A stretch of 64,000 nucleotides of DNA from an uncultured Solirubrobacterales bacterium (GTDB lineage Bacteria; Actinomycetota; Thermoleophilia; Solirubrobacterales; 70-9). A program made the position numbers and the translations under genes. The notes beneath the pieces are model-generated. The model worked only from the letters and a program-made list of their open reading frames with translations, searched no databases and was not told the DNA's origin. The stretch is from positions 1,620,112 to 1,684,111 of the forward strand of contig CAWFXB010000002.1 in the NCBI GenBank assembly GCA_963819755.1, read 5' to 3'. Numbering within the stretch: the first letter of the stretch is position 1; each line of letters begins with the position of its first letter. Shown in pieces: positions 62,557-64,000 of this stretch.

Positions 62557-63027
62557 ATGATCGGGCCCACGGTCCAGGTCACCGCCAAGGTCGACTACGC
62601 CGTCAGGGCGATGGTCGAGCTGGCGGCCGCGGATGGGGGATCGGTCAAGGGCGAAGCGATCGCGACCGCGCAGGGGGTGCCGTTCCGCTTCCTCGAGAAC
62701 ATCCTGCTGGAGCTGCGCCACGCGAGGCTCGTTCGCAGCCAGCGAGGATCTGACGGCGGCTACCGCCTGGCGCGGCCGGCAGAGACGATCACGATCGCCG
62801 ACGTGATCCGCACCGTCGACGGACCGATCGCGAGCATCCGCTCCGAGCGGCCGGACGAGCTCACCTACTCCGGCGCGGCGGCGTCGCTGCAGGACGTCTG
62901 GGTCGCGCTCCGCGCCAACATGCGCGCCGTGTTGGAGTCGGTGACCCTGGCGGACGTGGCCAGGGGCCAACTGCCCGCCGAGATCCTGCGCCTGACCCAG
63001 GAGCCCGAGGTCTGGGAGCCGCACTAA
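62557..63027 (+). CDS. Rrf2-family transcriptional regulator (no Cys ligands), paralogue of 50568..51023
   Basis: The motifs KVDYAVRAMVELA...VPFRFLENILLELRHARLVRSQRGSDGGYRLARPAETITIADVIRTVDGP are present. The start abuts the upstream stop as TAGATG. Confidence 0.85.
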   Translation: MIGPTVQVTAKVDYAVRAMVELAAADGGSVKGEAIATAQGVPFRFLENILLELRHARLVRSQRGSDGGYRLARPAETITIADVIRTVDGPIASIRSERPDELTYSGAAASLQDVWVALRANMRAVLESVTLADVARGQLPAEILRLTQEPEVWEPH

Positions 63028-63662
63028 GGCTTCAGGCGGAAGGGCGGGTACTCGTCGGTGACGAGGGTGAAGGCGTAGCCGTATACGCGGTTGCTCCAGC
63101 GGAAGGTGCCCTCGACGAAGGTGAAGATGCCGCGTGGGTAGCGGCCGGTGAAGAGGATCGCGAACCAGGCGCCGATCACGGCGAAGATGACGCCGATGTA
63201 GAGGAAAGTGAGGACGAAGTAGTGGGGGACGGCGAGCAGCCACTTGACGAGAGGCAATCCCCGCTCGAGCCGTTCAGCGTCGGGGTAGGGGAGGTTGACG
63301 TGAACCGCCTGCTGTTCGTCGGTCGAGGGGTATTCGTCGTCCATCAGCGCTAGGTAGACGGAGATTCGGTTGGTGAAACGGGTGAATTCGAGGTTCCAGT
63401 CGAACCACCAGCGCGGGTATTTCTTCTTGAAGAGGATCATCAAAACGGTAGGCATGAGCACGAGGGTGCCGCCGCTGAATGCCAGGGTGGAGCCGTAGCT
63501 GCTGATGCTTGAGCCCGGCATGAGCTCGAGGATGATCGCGATCGGGATCACCGTGAAGATGCGGAAGAACGTGGTCAGCCGGTTGAGCTGCCGCTCCGGG
63601 TAGTCGACCGAGAACGTGACCGGGTACGGGTTCGGGCTGGGTGCGGCGATGCTCGTCTCCAT
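63024..63662 (-). CDS. DUF4389-like membrane protein
   Basis: The motifs YPVTFSVDYPERQLNRLTTFFRIFTVIPIAIIL...WLLAVPHYFVLTFLYIGVIFAVIGAWFAILFTGRYPRGIFTF are present. A strong RBS (aaaggggag) precedes ATG 63662. Confidence 0.7.
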   Translation of the reverse strand: METSIAAPSPNPYPVTFSVDYPERQLNRLTTFFRIFTVIPIAIILELMPGSSISSYGSTLAFSGGTLVLMPTVLMILFKKKYPRWWFDWNLEFTRFTNRISVYLALMDDEYPSTDEQQAVHVNLPYPDAERLERGLPLVKWLLAVPHYFVLTFLYIGVIFAVIGAWFAILFTGRYPRGIFTFVEGTFRWSNRVYGYAFTLVTDEYPPFRLKP

Positions 63663-63789
63663 ACTTCTCCCCTTTCGCGAGTTGGCGGGATGATCGCCCA
63701 CCAGGCGGCGGCAGTTTCGACACAAAGTCGGCGCGCAATTCTTTGAATCCGCGCACCACACGCGCGATCTGGGTGCTCACGATTGGTCC

Positions 63790-64000
63790 ATGCAGACGGT
63801 TGCGAACATCGGCCTTGCGACTTCCATACTGGAACTGGCGGCGACTTCGGTTGGCTACGGAGTTGTGGTTGGGGGTTTTGTGGCGTCCGGTGCCGGCATG
63901 GTCAGCGGATGGTCGCGCAAAGAGATGGAGGCAAGCGCCTTCAGGGACGCGTTCTGGGGAGGGCTACTAGGAATGTCTTGTCTGTGCTTCGACTTGATTT
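63790..64000 (+). CDS. Possible partial ORF (hydrophobic), 3' end outside the window
   Basis: From ATG 63790 the frame is open to the window end (MQTVANIGLATSILELAATSVGYGVVVGGFVASGAGMVSGW...). It is not in the ORF track because no stop is seen. Support is weak. Confidence 0.25.
   Translation, partial: MQTVANIGLATSILELAATSVGYGVVVGGFVASGAGMVSGWSRKEMEASAFRDAFWGGLLGMSCLCFDLI

Noticed and set aside
1-64000. tRNA, rRNA, CRISPR arrays, transposases and integrases.
   Set aside because: Reading the intergenic regions and the ORF translations showed no tRNA-like T-arm or anticodon architecture, no regularly spaced short repeats, and no DDE, tyrosine- or serine-recombinase motifs. A covariance-model or HMM scan would be needed to exclude small ncRNAs.

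Overview
This is a high-GC bacterial chromosomal segment. The gene content looks actinobacterial (MMPL transporters, YrbE/MlaE permeases, an mIHF-like protein, an LCP protein, an FmdB zinc ribbon); I cannot place it more precisely. All homology calls come from reading motifs in the supplied translations, with no database search. I support about 65 protein-coding genes. Most are housekeeping or transport genes: ribH, hsp20-lon, glyQS, metG, rsmI, a sulfate ABC operon, a pstSCAB operon, two MMPL/RND transporters, an MlaE-MlaE-MlaF set, a THI5/NMT1-type ABC system and a PAS-GAF-GGDEF-EAL protein. I found no rRNA, tRNA, CRISPR array, transposase or integrase. Many very long ORFs in the track are antisense or off-frame artefacts of the high GC content.

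The observations most worth a second look are these:
- A 222-nt direct duplication of the glyQS 3' end brackets a 585-bp more A/T-rich insert carrying small ORFs. This looks like an integration footprint in an aminoacyl-tRNA synthetase gene.
- A perfect 50-nt palindrome occurs twice. It has no stop codon in any of the six frames. One copy sits in frame inside a membrane glycosyltransferase gene, and the other overlaps a stop codon.
- A second family of structured repeats has one copy filling the mlaF-mmpL intergenic region and burying the ribosome-binding site, and one copy in frame inside the mmpL gene.
- An MlaEEF-type importer core has no MCE/MlaD protein and is coupled instead to an MMPL transporter and a degenerate redoxin.
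- An R2lox-like di-metal oxidase is fused to an SCP2 lipid-binding domain, in an operon with an acyl-CoA synthetase.
- Three genes show an apparent net +1 frame break: the amidase, the sulfate-binding lipoprotein, and a conserved hypothetical/membrane-protein pair.
- The pst operon is extended by translationally coupled zinc-ribbon proteins, a divergent phosphoesterase-family protein and a Cys-less Rrf2 regulator.
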